DNA of 64,000 nucleotides, taken from assembly GCA_963722255.1 (NCBI GenBank), contig CAVRJO010000002.1, positions 544,001-608,000 on the forward strand, in the 5' to 3' direction. The translations under genes and the position numbers were made by a program. Origin of the DNA: Candidatus Babeliales bacterium. Lineage in GTDB: Bacteria > Babelota > Babeliae > Babelales > JANWKD01. Below the pieces are notes generated by a model. The model was not told where the DNA came from. It ran no database searches and saw only the letters and a list, made by a program, of their open reading frames with translations. Below are positions 1-9,437 of this stretch, in pieces. The stretch's first letter is position 1, and the number at the start of each line of letters is the position of its first letter.

Positions 1-720
1 TTTACGCTACATGGCCTTGTTCCACTGACAACCGGAGTCTCTATTGGATGGACTCTCTATAAAATATGTAATGACCAAAGATATCAAGCTCGGCTAAGTG
101 ATGCTTTTTTTGCAAGACCACTTCTTAGTGCTTTTTTTGCTACAACTGTTATATGCTGCGCTACAGGTTTATCAAACCTATATACTAATATTTTTAACTG
201 GAGAGATAAGACTCAAGAGCAACTAGGCATTGTTAAAAGAATAATGAATAGGCTTGATACAACACACTATAAAAATTATAAACTTCTGATAAGACAACAA
301 AAAAACAATGATGCAATTGACAAGGAAAAAGCATTAACGGATTGGAATCAATCAATACAAAGCCTACGTGAGAGAAAAAATAAAATCGAAGAAAAAATGA
401 ACTCTCGATGGAAACGATTATGCAACTTTGGCACAAATATTGAATATATCGCATCAGGTTTACTACCCGGCGTTTTAGCATATGCACTCATTCATGATAA
501 ATCCTTAACCGAAAATACATTACTTAATACAATTATTTATCGAATACTAACACCGACAGTGCTTACAACCACAGGAGCATATTTACTATCTAAAGGATGT
601 AATGGCATTTACAAGGATCTATTTTGTTGGAAAAACAGAAAATCACACAAAATTTTCCTAACAAAAAGTGCACTTAAAAACGCAAAACAGCTATCCAATC
701 TTGGATCACATGCAAACTAG
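1..720 (+). CDS. Hypothetical membrane protein, 5'-truncated by window edge; appears internally duplicated (two hydrophobic helices + Y..IF/LF.W motif, twice)
   Basis: Frame 1 is open from base 1 into the tracked ORF 244..720; LYTNIFNWRDK resembles IYKDLFCWKNR. Confidence 0.65.
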   Translation, partial: FTLHGLVPLTTGVSIGWTLYKICNDQRYQARLSDAFFARPLLSAFFATTVICCATGLSNLYTNIFNWRDKTQEQLGIVKRIMNRLDTTHYKNYKLLIRQQKNNDAIDKEKALTDWNQSIQSLRERKNKIEEKMNSRWKRLCNFGTNIEYIASGLLPGVLAYALIHDKSLTENTLLNTIIYRILTPTVLTTTGAYLLSKGCNGIYKDLFCWKNRKSHKIFLTKSALKNAKQLSNLGSHAN

Positions 721-749
721 TATAGAAGTTAAATAGGATTATTAAATAA

Positions 750-859
750 AATGATTTGCTTGCAGCTATTATTAAAGAAATTCCGGTATATTGCATTATG
801 GAACCTAAGGTAAAGTTGTGTTGTATGGAGCTGCGCAATATATTATACTTCATTCATAA
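750..859 (+). pseudogene. Isolated C-terminal fragment resembling glucokinase
   Basis: Translates NDLLAAIIKEIPVYCIMEPKVKL/[frameshift at duplicated ttgtg]YGAAQYIILHS*, like the Glk C-terminal IPVY...GAA motif. Confidence 0.45.
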
Positions 860-1149
860 TCAAAATGATTATAAACACCAGCTTTGCATCAAGAAATTTT
901 ATAGTTAAAAGTAATTAACTTCTCATGACTCTTAATAAATAATTGATTTTTTTTAATTTACAGCATATTAAAATATATTTTGAATTTGTATTTTGGATAA
1001 AAAATCTTGGCTAATATAATGAATTATAAATTGCTATAGTATTTAAGATGAATTTAGGCTCCTCTTGTTATTAGTGTTTCAGGAGAGTCTAGTATTTTAA
1101 AAATATGCCTAGATCAAATCTTTAAATATTTTACGAAAGTCCTGTAATC

Positions 1150-1880
1150 ATGAAAAAATTGCTTTTTACCTTTTTACTCTTAACACTATCATTCTCTATT
1201 TCAGCTATGGATAATATTGATCAAGATCAAGACAGAGAACGGGCCTATTTCAAACAGCAAAAATATAATGCCGATTACTTTTATATAGCATGTGTTGATC
1301 ATAATGTTCGTCTTCTTAAACAAGCACTGGATGACGGAATTTCACCAGATACACCAGTTTATAATTTATTAGAAACAACACTGGCACGAGAAGCATTTGA
1401 ATGCGTTGACCTTTTACTACAAAGAGGAGTTACCGTAACTGTTCAGCATATTCAAGCCTCGATTTCTAATCAAAATGATGAATTATTTAAACGTCTAATT
1501 ACCGCATGTAATAATCTTGATGTTATGCAAATTTCCGAGGTTCAACATTACTTCATCAGGCATCCCTTTACGGTACACAAACTATGGTTGAGACACTACT
1601 TCATTTAGGAGCAGATACTGAAACTCGAGATAGTTTTGGTTATACACCATTATTTTCAGCAGTTACTAAAAAAAATATTCCCGCTATTAAGGCACTTATA
1701 CATCGTGCAAATCTTCATGTACAAGTAAATTCAGGACAAACACTTTTAGAAAAGGCTACACAAATAGATGCCAAAATTGCCCATACTATTAAAAAAGAGA
1801 TGGCATTTACTACTTATTGGGTATGTAAAGAACACCTTCCTATTGAATTAATTATGCATATTGCAAGTTTTTATAAATAA
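1150..1880 (+). CDS. Secreted ankyrin-repeat protein with C-terminal F-box-like tail; one frameshift near 1525
   Basis: Signal peptide; adding one base gives DVNANFRGSTLLHQASLYG..VETLLHLGAD..GYTPLFSAV; tail LPIELIMHIASF. Confidence 0.8.
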
Positions 1881-2036
1881 ATCTTAACATTGACATCTAT
1901 GGTTCTTGTTACTACATAATAGATTTGCATCTATAGTACAAGACCAAAAGGATCAAGAAAAATTTTATGTAGATGGTCTTTTTACCAGAATCAAAAACAA
2001 ACTATTTCTGGTAGCTTTAGGGGAATGTGTGTAATA

Positions 2037-2942
2037 TTACGTGATAACATTTTGATTTTGTTCAACAGAAAATAACATACGTTCTTCACAGTAATACACA
2101 AAAAGGCACATAAGCGTTACAAAAAATCCACAAAAATAATGCCAAGAAAGCATTTCATTATAAAGAAATGCAGTATAGAATGCATTAAAAAATGGGCAGA
2201 GCATACTCCCAAGCACAACAAATGTTTGGCTATATTTTTTTACAAGCACTGTGTACCAATTGTGGCATACAATATTGCTTATAAGAATCAGAACAGCAAG
2301 AGGGAGAATAAAAGGAAGGGCCTGCGTAATATAAGGACTTGTTTCGACACATAAACTTGTCACTAATGCAAGTATCCCACCGCAAGTCATACTGATGCCA
2401 TTAATCATAAAAGGAGTATAAGCAAATTCGGTTATAAGCTTTCTTATAAGGAACCAACCATAACTAAAACTAATAACAGAGCATAGCAAGGCACAATCAG
2501 GCAATCCAAAACTCGCCATTAAAAATGGTTTTTGCTGCAGCATATTCGGGCTTATAAGAAAAAGTGCTGCATAGCTTATGCAGAGCACAACCATTTTACG
2601 GAGATTAAATCTTTCAACAGCAAAAAAAAGCACACACAAATAGGTTATTAGAGGACCGGTATTATATAACAAAAATACTCGCGATTCAGGACAATAAATA
2701 AGCCCATAATAACGCAATGCATAAGGAATATACAAAGCAAATAAAACTATCTGTACAAAATATATGATATGTTTTTTTTGAATTTGAAACTTTTGTCGTG
2801 CAAAAAAGGTGTAGTACCCAAGCAAAATAGTTCCTGCAATGCTCATACGAATACCAAGTAAAAAAAATGGCTGAGTATATTGTAAAAGCATTTTTGTTAC
2901 TGAGAAAGTAGTTAATGCATGGAGTGCCATTAATGAAATCAT
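2037..2942 (-). CDS. DMT/EamA family transporter
   Basis: 301 aa, about 10 hydrophobic segments, GIRMSIAG and ERF motifs. Confidence 0.85.
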   Translation of the reverse strand: MISLMALHALTTFSVTKMLLQYTQPFFLLGIRMSIAGTILLGYYTFFARQKFQIQKKHIIYFVQIVLFALYIPYALRYYGLIYCPESRVFLLYNTGPLITYLCVLFFAVERFNLRKMVVLCISYAALFLISPNMLQQKPFLMASFGLPDCALLCSVISFSYGWFLIRKLITEFAYTPFMINGISMTCGGILALVTSLCVETSPYITQALPFILPLAVLILISNIVCHNWYTVLVKKYSQTFVVLGSMLCPFFNAFYTAFLYNEMLSWHYFCGFFVTLMCLFVYYCEERMLFSVEQNQNVIT

Positions 2943-2962
2943 AGTTCTCCTTATTAGTGTTT

Positions 2963-3046
2963 AATAAAAATCCCCGCAGCAAGCTGCTTAGTATTTTTCT
3001 ATGAAACGAAGCAAGCTTCGGGGAATTAAACCCGAAGGGAATTAAA
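2963..3046. repeat. About 85 bp palindromic intergenic repeat (REP/MITE-like), copy 1
   Basis: Near-identical to 36173..36258; hairpins gcagcaagctgc and cgaagcaagcttcg; outer tccccg/cgggga pairing. Confidence 0.85.
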
Positions 3047-3049
3047 ATT

Positions 3050-4063
3050 TTATAAATATTTTTCTAGATTCTTTTTCTTTAATTCATTAACAGCATTTTT
3101 CACAAGCTCAACATCATCTTTTTGTGCAATAAGCAAAACATCATCAGTCTGCACGATGCATAAATTATGAACGCCAATAAGCACCGGTAATGCTTTAGCC
3201 ATCACTAAATTATTTGATGCATTAATTTCTAAAGGCTTTTGCAGCTCTTGCTCAGATTGTAATGATAAAAATGTTGCTAAATTACCCACATCTGACCAGG
3301 AAAAATCGGCCGGAATTACCATTAAATTATTACTTTTTTCCATGATGGCATAATCGACAGAAATTGATTCGACTTTCTTATATGTTTCTTGGTTGCCTGT
3401 TAGATAATATTCTTGCACTAAAGAATACATATCAGGCACTATACGTCTAAACTCTTCAAGAAAGACTGAAACTTTTCCACAAAAAATACCAACATTCCAA
3501 ACCATAGAATCAGAAGTATAATAAAGTTGCGCTCGTTCGATGTTTGGTTTTTCATGAAACTGCTTTACATGTGCAATTCCATGCTCTGATGGTACAAATT
3601 CTATATAGCCAAATCCTGTCGCAGGATGTGTAGGTTTAATACCAATAAGTGTTATACAATCATTATTTTTAGCATGTCTGATGGCCTGCTTTTGTACTGA
3701 AACAAATTTTTCAACATCAGTAATATAATGATCAGCCGGATAAAAGAGAACCACTGATTCAGGATCTTCTTGAGCAATGGTAAAACAGCTCAACAAAATT
3801 GCCGGCGCAGTGTTACGTGCAAAGGGTTCACATATGAGGGATTTAGCATAAAAATAGCGCTTTAAAGCCTCAGATTGTTCATGAAGAGTAACGACTTTAA
3901 CTGACTCAAGATCTATAAATGCTGCTAATCGATCACGTGTATGCTCAAGCAATGATTTATGACTCAATGATAGAAGTTGCTTAGGAAACTCTTGCCGACT
4001 CAAGGGCCACAAGCGTTCCCCTTTTCCCCCGGCTAAAATGACACCGTACACAGAACCCTTCAT
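3050..4063 (-). CDS. manC: Mannose-1-phosphate guanylyltransferase
   Basis: ILAGGKGERLWPLSR, EPFARNTAPA, PADH, EKP, SVDYAIMEK and WSDVG motifs. Confidence 0.95.
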   Translation of the reverse strand: MKGSVYGVILAGGKGERLWPLSRQEFPKQLLSLSHKSLLEHTRDRLAAFIDLESVKVVTLHEQSEALKRYFYAKSLICEPFARNTAPAILLSCFTIAQEDPESVVLFYPADHYITDVEKFVSVQKQAIRHAKNNDCITLIGIKPTHPATGFGYIEFVPSEHGIAHVKQFHEKPNIERAQLYYTSDSMVWNVGIFCGKVSVFLEEFRRIVPDMYSLVQEYYLTGNQETYKKVESISVDYAIMEKSNNLMVIPADFSWSDVGNLATFLSLQSEQELQKPLEINASNNLVMAKALPVLIGVHNLCIVQTDDVLLIAQKDDVELVKNAVNELKKKNLEKYL

Positions 4064-4071
4064 GCCACCCC

Positions 4072-4797
4072 TTATGAAATTTTAGTTGTTTTTGAAAATA
4101 ACCTATCCCACAAAAGACGAAAATATTGCTTGGCAACTTCTGCCATAATTTTTACTGAAAGCTTTGACTTGCCTTCGGTACGACTGCGTGCAAGAATAGG
4201 CACTTCAACAATTTTTGCGCCACTGCGCTTAAATCGATATAACGATTCCATACAAAACGCAAAACCTTGTGATTTCAATGTTCGATACAAGGCAGGATTA
4301 AGAATCGAAACAGAATATAAACGAAATGCACCAGTACAATCATACGGCATGCTAAGACCATATTTGATCATAGAACGCCAAAAATAGGTAAATGGTAATC
4401 TAATTTTATTCCACCCTTCCATCTTACCACCGGAAGTGTAACGAGAACCAATTACAATATCAGCAGACTCTTTTTGTGCAATCATTGCTGGAATATAACA
4501 AGGATCGTGAGTAAAATCAGCATCCATGGTAAGTAAATAGTCATAGCCATGATTACGAGCAAACTGAAATGCCTCTTTATGCGCTGTGCCAAGACCCATT
4601 TTTGATGGACGATGAATTACATGCACACAAGAATCTTGAGCAACCAGCTCATCAATAACTTTTCCCGTACCATCAGGTGAATTATCATCGCAAAAAAGGA
4701 TATCCAAGTCATAAGGCAAATTTTTGAGAGCTTGATATAATTTTTGAACGTTACCACGTTCATTATAGGTTGGCGTAAATACTAATATTTTATTCAT
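4072..4797 (-). CDS. Polyprenol monophosphomannose synthase (DPM1-like GT2)
   Basis: PTYNE, DDNSPDGT, GLGTA, MDADFTHDP, GSRY and GKSK motifs. Confidence 0.9.
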   Translation of the reverse strand: MNKILVFTPTYNERGNVQKLYQALKNLPYDLDILFCDDNSPDGTGKVIDELVAQDSCVHVIHRPSKMGLGTAHKEAFQFARNHGYDYLLTMDADFTHDPCYIPAMIAQKESADIVIGSRYTSGGKMEGWNKIRLPFTYFWRSMIKYGLSMPYDCTGAFRLYSVSILNPALYRTLKSQGFAFCMESLYRFKRSGAKIVEVPILARSRTEGKSKLSVKIMAEVAKQYFRLLWDRLFSKTTKIS

Positions 4798-4877
4798 ATA
4801 ATTCCATTAATAATAGATACTTTCATTACTTGTAAGAGTATCAGCCTTCATAGTTTTTAGCTAGAAATTATAGGCTT

Positions 4878-4907
4878 AAAGAGGCCTAGAAAATTCTAGG
4901 CCTCTTT
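4878..4907 (-). terminator. Stem-loop downstream of last array gene
   Basis: aaagaggcctaga-aaat-tctaggcctcttt, perfect 13-bp stem. Confidence 0.75.
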
Positions 4908-4920
4908 ATTTCATCTGTTA

Positions 4921-7188
4921 TTAGAAGGGTGGAAATGATAAATTTGCACTTAATTTTGGTGTTTGGCTTGCATTAGCAAGAAACTGTTGAAAAATATTGG
5001 TCACAAATACATAGTTAAGATCATTATTCATGGCAGTATTTTGAGTAATAAGGTTTGAAGCTGATGAAGCTATAAATCCTCTTCCTGAGCCAATTGTCGC
5101 TGTAACACTTGATATTTTAAAAGTACTATTACATAATGAACATGAATTATTCATTATGGTTGATCCTGAAGGAAACTGTAATCCTGTTAACAGTGTTACA
5201 ACAATATTCGAAACAGAAATCGGATTTGAACCTTGTGCAAGAATATCGCCACTTGGTCGCCAGTCAACGCTATTAACTTGAGTTGGGTTATTATAGGTTG
5301 CAATTTGCGTTAAACTATTTTGATTAAAACGTAAAGCTCGCGTTGTCACACCACCACTAGCAAGACCTCCAAGAGCTATATACGTATCATCGGGTGACCA
5401 TTGAACTGAGAAAATTGTTGCTCCATGATTAAACGAGAATCCTCCTCCAAAAGTTACACCATACATAATAACTGTAGTTCCAGATGTAACCGCTATAAAC
5501 GTACCTTCACTGTTTACATTAACACTATTACAATCCGCTGCTCCAATATAGGTATTAACACCAACAAGAGATCCTTGATTATATCCAAAAGTCCCCGCCG
5601 CTGTACTATCAATATTTGCCGTAAAACCCACTGCAAGCACATAACCTGCAATAATAGAAGGTACGACTATAAAAGGTCCCCAGGCAAGGGAGAGAACCTG
5701 AGTGCCCGAAGCAAGGGCTAATGCTGTTGGAGCATCAATACTTGTAATAAGATTTAATGCATTTGTAGTTTTTGAATATTTATAAATAAATAAATTATTG
5801 GCTGAAGCTACATTTGTAGCAACTGCAATAGAGGCATTATCAGGAGCAAAAGCAACTTGAATAACATTATTAAGAAAGGTAACAGCCGGGCCGGCAGTTA
5901 ATGTAGTCCCATCAAAACTAAATACTCTTAGTGTAGGAGTTCCCCCACTATTAAATCCGACAGCTAAAGAATTTCCATCTGGCGACCAGCTCACTGATAC
6001 AACATCATTAATATTTTGCGATGCAATAAGTTTAAATGCATTGTTTGCAAACTCATAAATTCCAATGCCGCCTTGCGTTGCTGTACCGCTTCCCGTTGCT
6101 AAATAGCGGCCATCGGGACTCCAATCTATGCTATTTACATTTGAAACAGCACCAGTAGTGCCCACAATAGTTGGCAATCCTGATTGAACGAGTGCTGTAA
6201 AAGTATATTCCATTTGAAGCCCATAAGCCCGAGCATTGCCTTGAGCTGGAGTAGATACCGTTTCAATACTATTATTTTCAATAGTATCATTTGATTCAGT
6301 TGCTCCAATTAAAATACCTACCGCACGATTAGTTGTCGATGTTGCAGTGGTTGATGTAGCCTCGATAAGATTATTTAGAAAAGCGTTATTACCACCCGTC
6401 ACAGCACTAATACCATATGCATCAGTCGATGATTTTGTACCTTGAATGGTACACTGCTCAACCGTTGTTGAATAGGTACTTATGAGTTCAACTCCTGCAA
6501 AACTACTTGTTAAAATAAACGAATTAGAAACAAAACCTTCTTGCACAAATCTTCCGGTAATACCCGTACCATTTGCAATCAGTTCAAGCTCAGACATATT
6601 CACAATTGAAATTGGCAAGAGTGCTGATCCATTACAATAAATACCATGTGATGTGCACAAGCGTATTTGCATTGCTGAACAACTAACATTTGAAGCACCA
6701 GCTGCAACATTAATACCATCGCCCGTCATACCGTTAATTGCCCCATTGAGTATTTTAATATTTTGGTGATCACCAACTTGAATACCCGTAACGCCAGCCG
6801 TCGCATTACCTTGAGCAATGGTAAAGCATTGTAGATTAAGGGTAACATTATCCGCATTAATAGTTATTGCTGGTAATGCTGAGGCAGGACTAAAGGTGAT
6901 ATTACTAACAAGTTTATATGCTCCTGAGCTCGTAATTGTAAAGCCGGTTACTCCAACAGATGCTTGTGAAATAGGCGTTGATGAACAACCATCACCAACA
7001 CTGCTCATAATTCCATGTAAGACAGTAAATGTACCATTAAAATCATTTTGTATTGTTTGACTACAAGCCGTCAGTGTATAATCAATATCAAGTGTAATTT
7101 GACGTGTATCACGAGTATCTGCATACAAGCTCGTATATGCTAAGACATTTATTAAAAGACCAGATCGTAAGATCGTAGCTATTTTCAT
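4921..7188 (-). CDS. Secreted parallel beta-helix protein with inserted 7-blade WD40-like propeller, array gene 6
   Basis: Start MKIATIL has an RBS; ITSSGAYKL, PbH-like repeats, WSPDG repeats, C-term LSFPPF. Confidence 0.85.
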   Translation of the reverse strand: MKIATILRSGLLINVLAYTSLYADTRDTRQITLDIDYTLTACSQTIQNDFNGTFTVLHGIMSSVGDGCSSTPISQASVGVTGFTITSSGAYKLVSNITFSPASALPAITINADNVTLNLQCFTIAQGNATAGVTGIQVGDHQNIKILNGAINGMTGDGINVAAGASNVSCSAMQIRLCTSHGIYCNGSALLPISIVNMSELELIANGTGITGRFVQEGFVSNSFILTSSFAGVELISTYSTTVEQCTIQGTKSSTDAYGISAVTGGNNAFLNNLIEATSTTATSTTNRAVGILIGATESNDTIENNSIETVSTPAQGNARAYGLQMEYTFTALVQSGLPTIVGTTGAVSNVNSIDWSPDGRYLATGSGTATQGGIGIYEFANNAFKLIASQNINDVVSVSWSPDGNSLAVGFNSGGTPTLRVFSFDGTTLTAGPAVTFLNNVIQVAFAPDNASIAVATNVASANNLFIYKYSKTTNALNLITSIDAPTALALASGTQVLSLAWGPFIVVPSIIAGYVLAVGFTANIDSTAAGTFGYNQGSLVGVNTYIGAADCNSVNVNSEGTFIAVTSGTTVIMYGVTFGGGFSFNHGATIFSVQWSPDDTYIALGGLASGGVTTRALRFNQNSLTQIATYNNPTQVNSVDWRPSGDILAQGSNPISVSNIVVTLLTGLQFPSGSTIMNNSCSLCNSTFKISSVTATIGSGRGFIASSASNLITQNTAMNNDLNYVFVTNIFQQFLANASQTPKLSANLSFPPF

Positions 7189-7224
7189 AGAGTATTCCTT
7201 CTTTTCTTTTTTCATAAAATATCC

Positions 7225-7251
7225 AAGAGGCCTAGAAAATCTAGGCCTCTT
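7225..7251 (-). terminator. Stem-loop nearly identical to 4878..4907
   Basis: aagaggcctaga-aaa-tctaggcctctt. Confidence 0.7.
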
Positions 7252-7257
7252 CTCTTG

Positions 7258-9423
7258 CTACAGCGGTGGAAATATTTGATTTGAAATCTTACTCGGCACA
7301 GGATTTTGATTTGCTATAAATTGCTTAAAAATATTATTTGCAAAAATTATACCAAGATCTGCTGCAAAAACCATATTATTAATAACCAAATTTGCATGAG
7401 AAGACGCTAATAATCCTCTACCCGATGAAACTCCCGGTTGTCCGGCAGCCAATGCAGGACCCGTAATAACACTGATCTGATTATTAGCTATGAAATTCGT
7501 TTGACCAAATTGTAGTGTCGAATATAGTTGCAATAAACTTGCATTTGATCCTGCTGCAATGAGATCACCCGTAGGTGCCCAACTTAACCCTTGAGTTTGC
7601 CCTCCAGAGCCTAATGAGATACTTCTAAAGTTACTCAACGTTGTTCCATTAAAAGCATAAATACCTAATATACTTGTTGAATCAGTATACGCTAACCATT
7701 TACCATCAGGAGACCATGCTACCCATACAACCGTTCCTGCTGTATTTTGTTGCGCAATAAGAATCGTTGATGAACCAGTAAATCTATATACACCAACTGA
7801 ACTTCCTGCAGAATTAGCTAATGCTAAAAATTGTCCATTGGGACTCCATCGTATATGCTGTTGTACATTTGTTATAAAGCCAATGCTTGCAGCAAATATT
7901 AATGAATTTCCAGTAAAATTATATATTCCTACCCCCCCACCTCCCGATGAAATAACGGCTAAATATCTGCTATCAGGAGACCAATCAAGACTAGTATAAG
8001 GTCCTGTTAAATTTAATGAAGCCACTAATTGCAAAGTTGTACCACTGAATTTCCAAATATCAAGAAAATTTGGATTTGCTGTAGAGTCAACGGTAGCAAT
8101 ATATCGACCATCAGGTGACCAGGCTACTTCTAATTGAACAGTATTGGTACCGGGAAAGTTTACAACAGGAGATAAAATTCCTTGATTATTTTTATAAATT
8201 GTTTGTACTCCGGCTGCACTTGTCAATGTTATATAACTGCCATCCGGTGACCATGCCATAATACTGCGCATACCGGTTAATTGTTGTGTGTAGAACAACG
8301 CGCTGTTTTTATATTCTACTATATCAATAATACCACCTGTCGTACTTACTGCTAGATAACGACCATTAGGAGACCAGCGGCAATTGTTTACCTGACCCGT
8401 AGCAAGCGATGTCACGGGAAAAATTGTAGTAAACGTATAGCCCATCTCAAGGCCAGATGGTTGCGCATTGGTCGTTGATATACATGACTTAATAATGTTA
8501 TTAAAAATTATATCATCAACTTCACCTGAACCAATAAAAATTCCTACTGCTTCTTGCGTTACTGATGCATCATTTGTTCGGACGCCACGAATCACACAGT
8601 TTTGAACGGTATTATCTTTACCGCCATCTAGAAAAATACCATACGCTGATCCTGATGCGGCTTGTGTATTCTGAATGGAACATGAATCGATTGTTGTTGA
8701 AATAGTGGTTAATAATTCAATACCTATCTGCAATGAGTTGAGTATGGAACAATTTTTAATTAAACCTCTTTCAAGATTTGTACCTTGAATTCCTATTGTA
8801 TTGCCTATCAATTCAATGTTGAAAAGTGACTGCAAGCCAACAAGCGATCCCGGAAGCCCTTGTAAAAAAATTCCAGATGTATTGCAATTTTCAATGGTAA
8901 TATCATGAATAGTACACTCTGTTGTTCCTAGACCTACAAAGATACCATTATCCGTCATTGATGAAATTGCGCCATTTTTAATCTCTATTCTCGTTTGATT
9001 TGAGGCAATCTCTATACCATCAACATTTAGTGTTGCGTTACCTTGGCTTATACTAAAACAGGCTAAATCTAAAACAACATCATTAGCATTAATTAAAATT
9101 GCTGCTGCTAATCCAGATGGATTAAATACTATATTTTCACCAAGTCGATACAATCCTGATTGAGTTATAATAAATCCTGTTGTTCCAACATCTGCTTGGT
9201 GGATAATCACAGGAAAACATATATTGTTACTTAATGATTGTTCAATTGCTGCTAATACTGTAAACGTTCCTTGAAAGTTAGCCTCGATTTCGGCACAGCA
9301 GATGGTTAATGTAGTATCAATATCAATCAAAATATCACGCGTCAATCGTGGATCAAACGTTGCTTGTACAGCGTTGCATAGCAGCGCTATACTCATAAGC
9401 AGTAGTACAATATTCTTCTTCAT
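7258..9423 (-). CDS. Secreted beta-helix/WD40-propeller protein, array gene 5
   Basis: Signal peptide, DPRLTRDI motif, 7 WSP(D/N)G-type repeats, C-term IFPPL. Confidence 0.9.
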   Translation of the reverse strand: MKKNIVLLLMSIALLCNAVQATFDPRLTRDILIDIDTTLTICCAEIEANFQGTFTVLAAIEQSLSNNICFPVIIHQADVGTTGFIITQSGLYRLGENIVFNPSGLAAAILINANDVVLDLACFSISQGNATLNVDGIEIASNQTRIEIKNGAISSMTDNGIFVGLGTTECTIHDITIENCNTSGIFLQGLPGSLVGLQSLFNIELIGNTIGIQGTNLERGLIKNCSILNSLQIGIELLTTISTTIDSCSIQNTQAASGSAYGIFLDGGKDNTVQNCVIRGVRTNDASVTQEAVGIFIGSGEVDDIIFNNIIKSCISTTNAQPSGLEMGYTFTTIFPVTSLATGQVNNCRWSPNGRYLAVSTTGGIIDIVEYKNSALFYTQQLTGMRSIMAWSPDGSYITLTSAAGVQTIYKNNQGILSPVVNFPGTNTVQLEVAWSPDGRYIATVDSTANPNFLDIWKFSGTTLQLVASLNLTGPYTSLDWSPDSRYLAVISSGGGGVGIYNFTGNSLIFAASIGFITNVQQHIRWSPNGQFLALANSAGSSVGVYRFTGSSTILIAQQNTAGTVVWVAWSPDGKWLAYTDSTSILGIYAFNGTTLSNFRSISLGSGGQTQGLSWAPTGDLIAAGSNASLLQLYSTLQFGQTNFIANNQISVITGPALAAGQPGVSSGRGLLASSHANLVINNMVFAADLGIIFANNIFKQFIANQNPVPSKISNQIFPPL

Positions 9424-9437
9424 CTAATTTCCTTCAA

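Noticed and set aside
1890..1985. TTGACA plus overlapping imperfect palindromes between convergent genes (possible sRNA)
   Set aside because: Poor -10 spacing, and weak stems are adequately explained as a bidirectional terminator region
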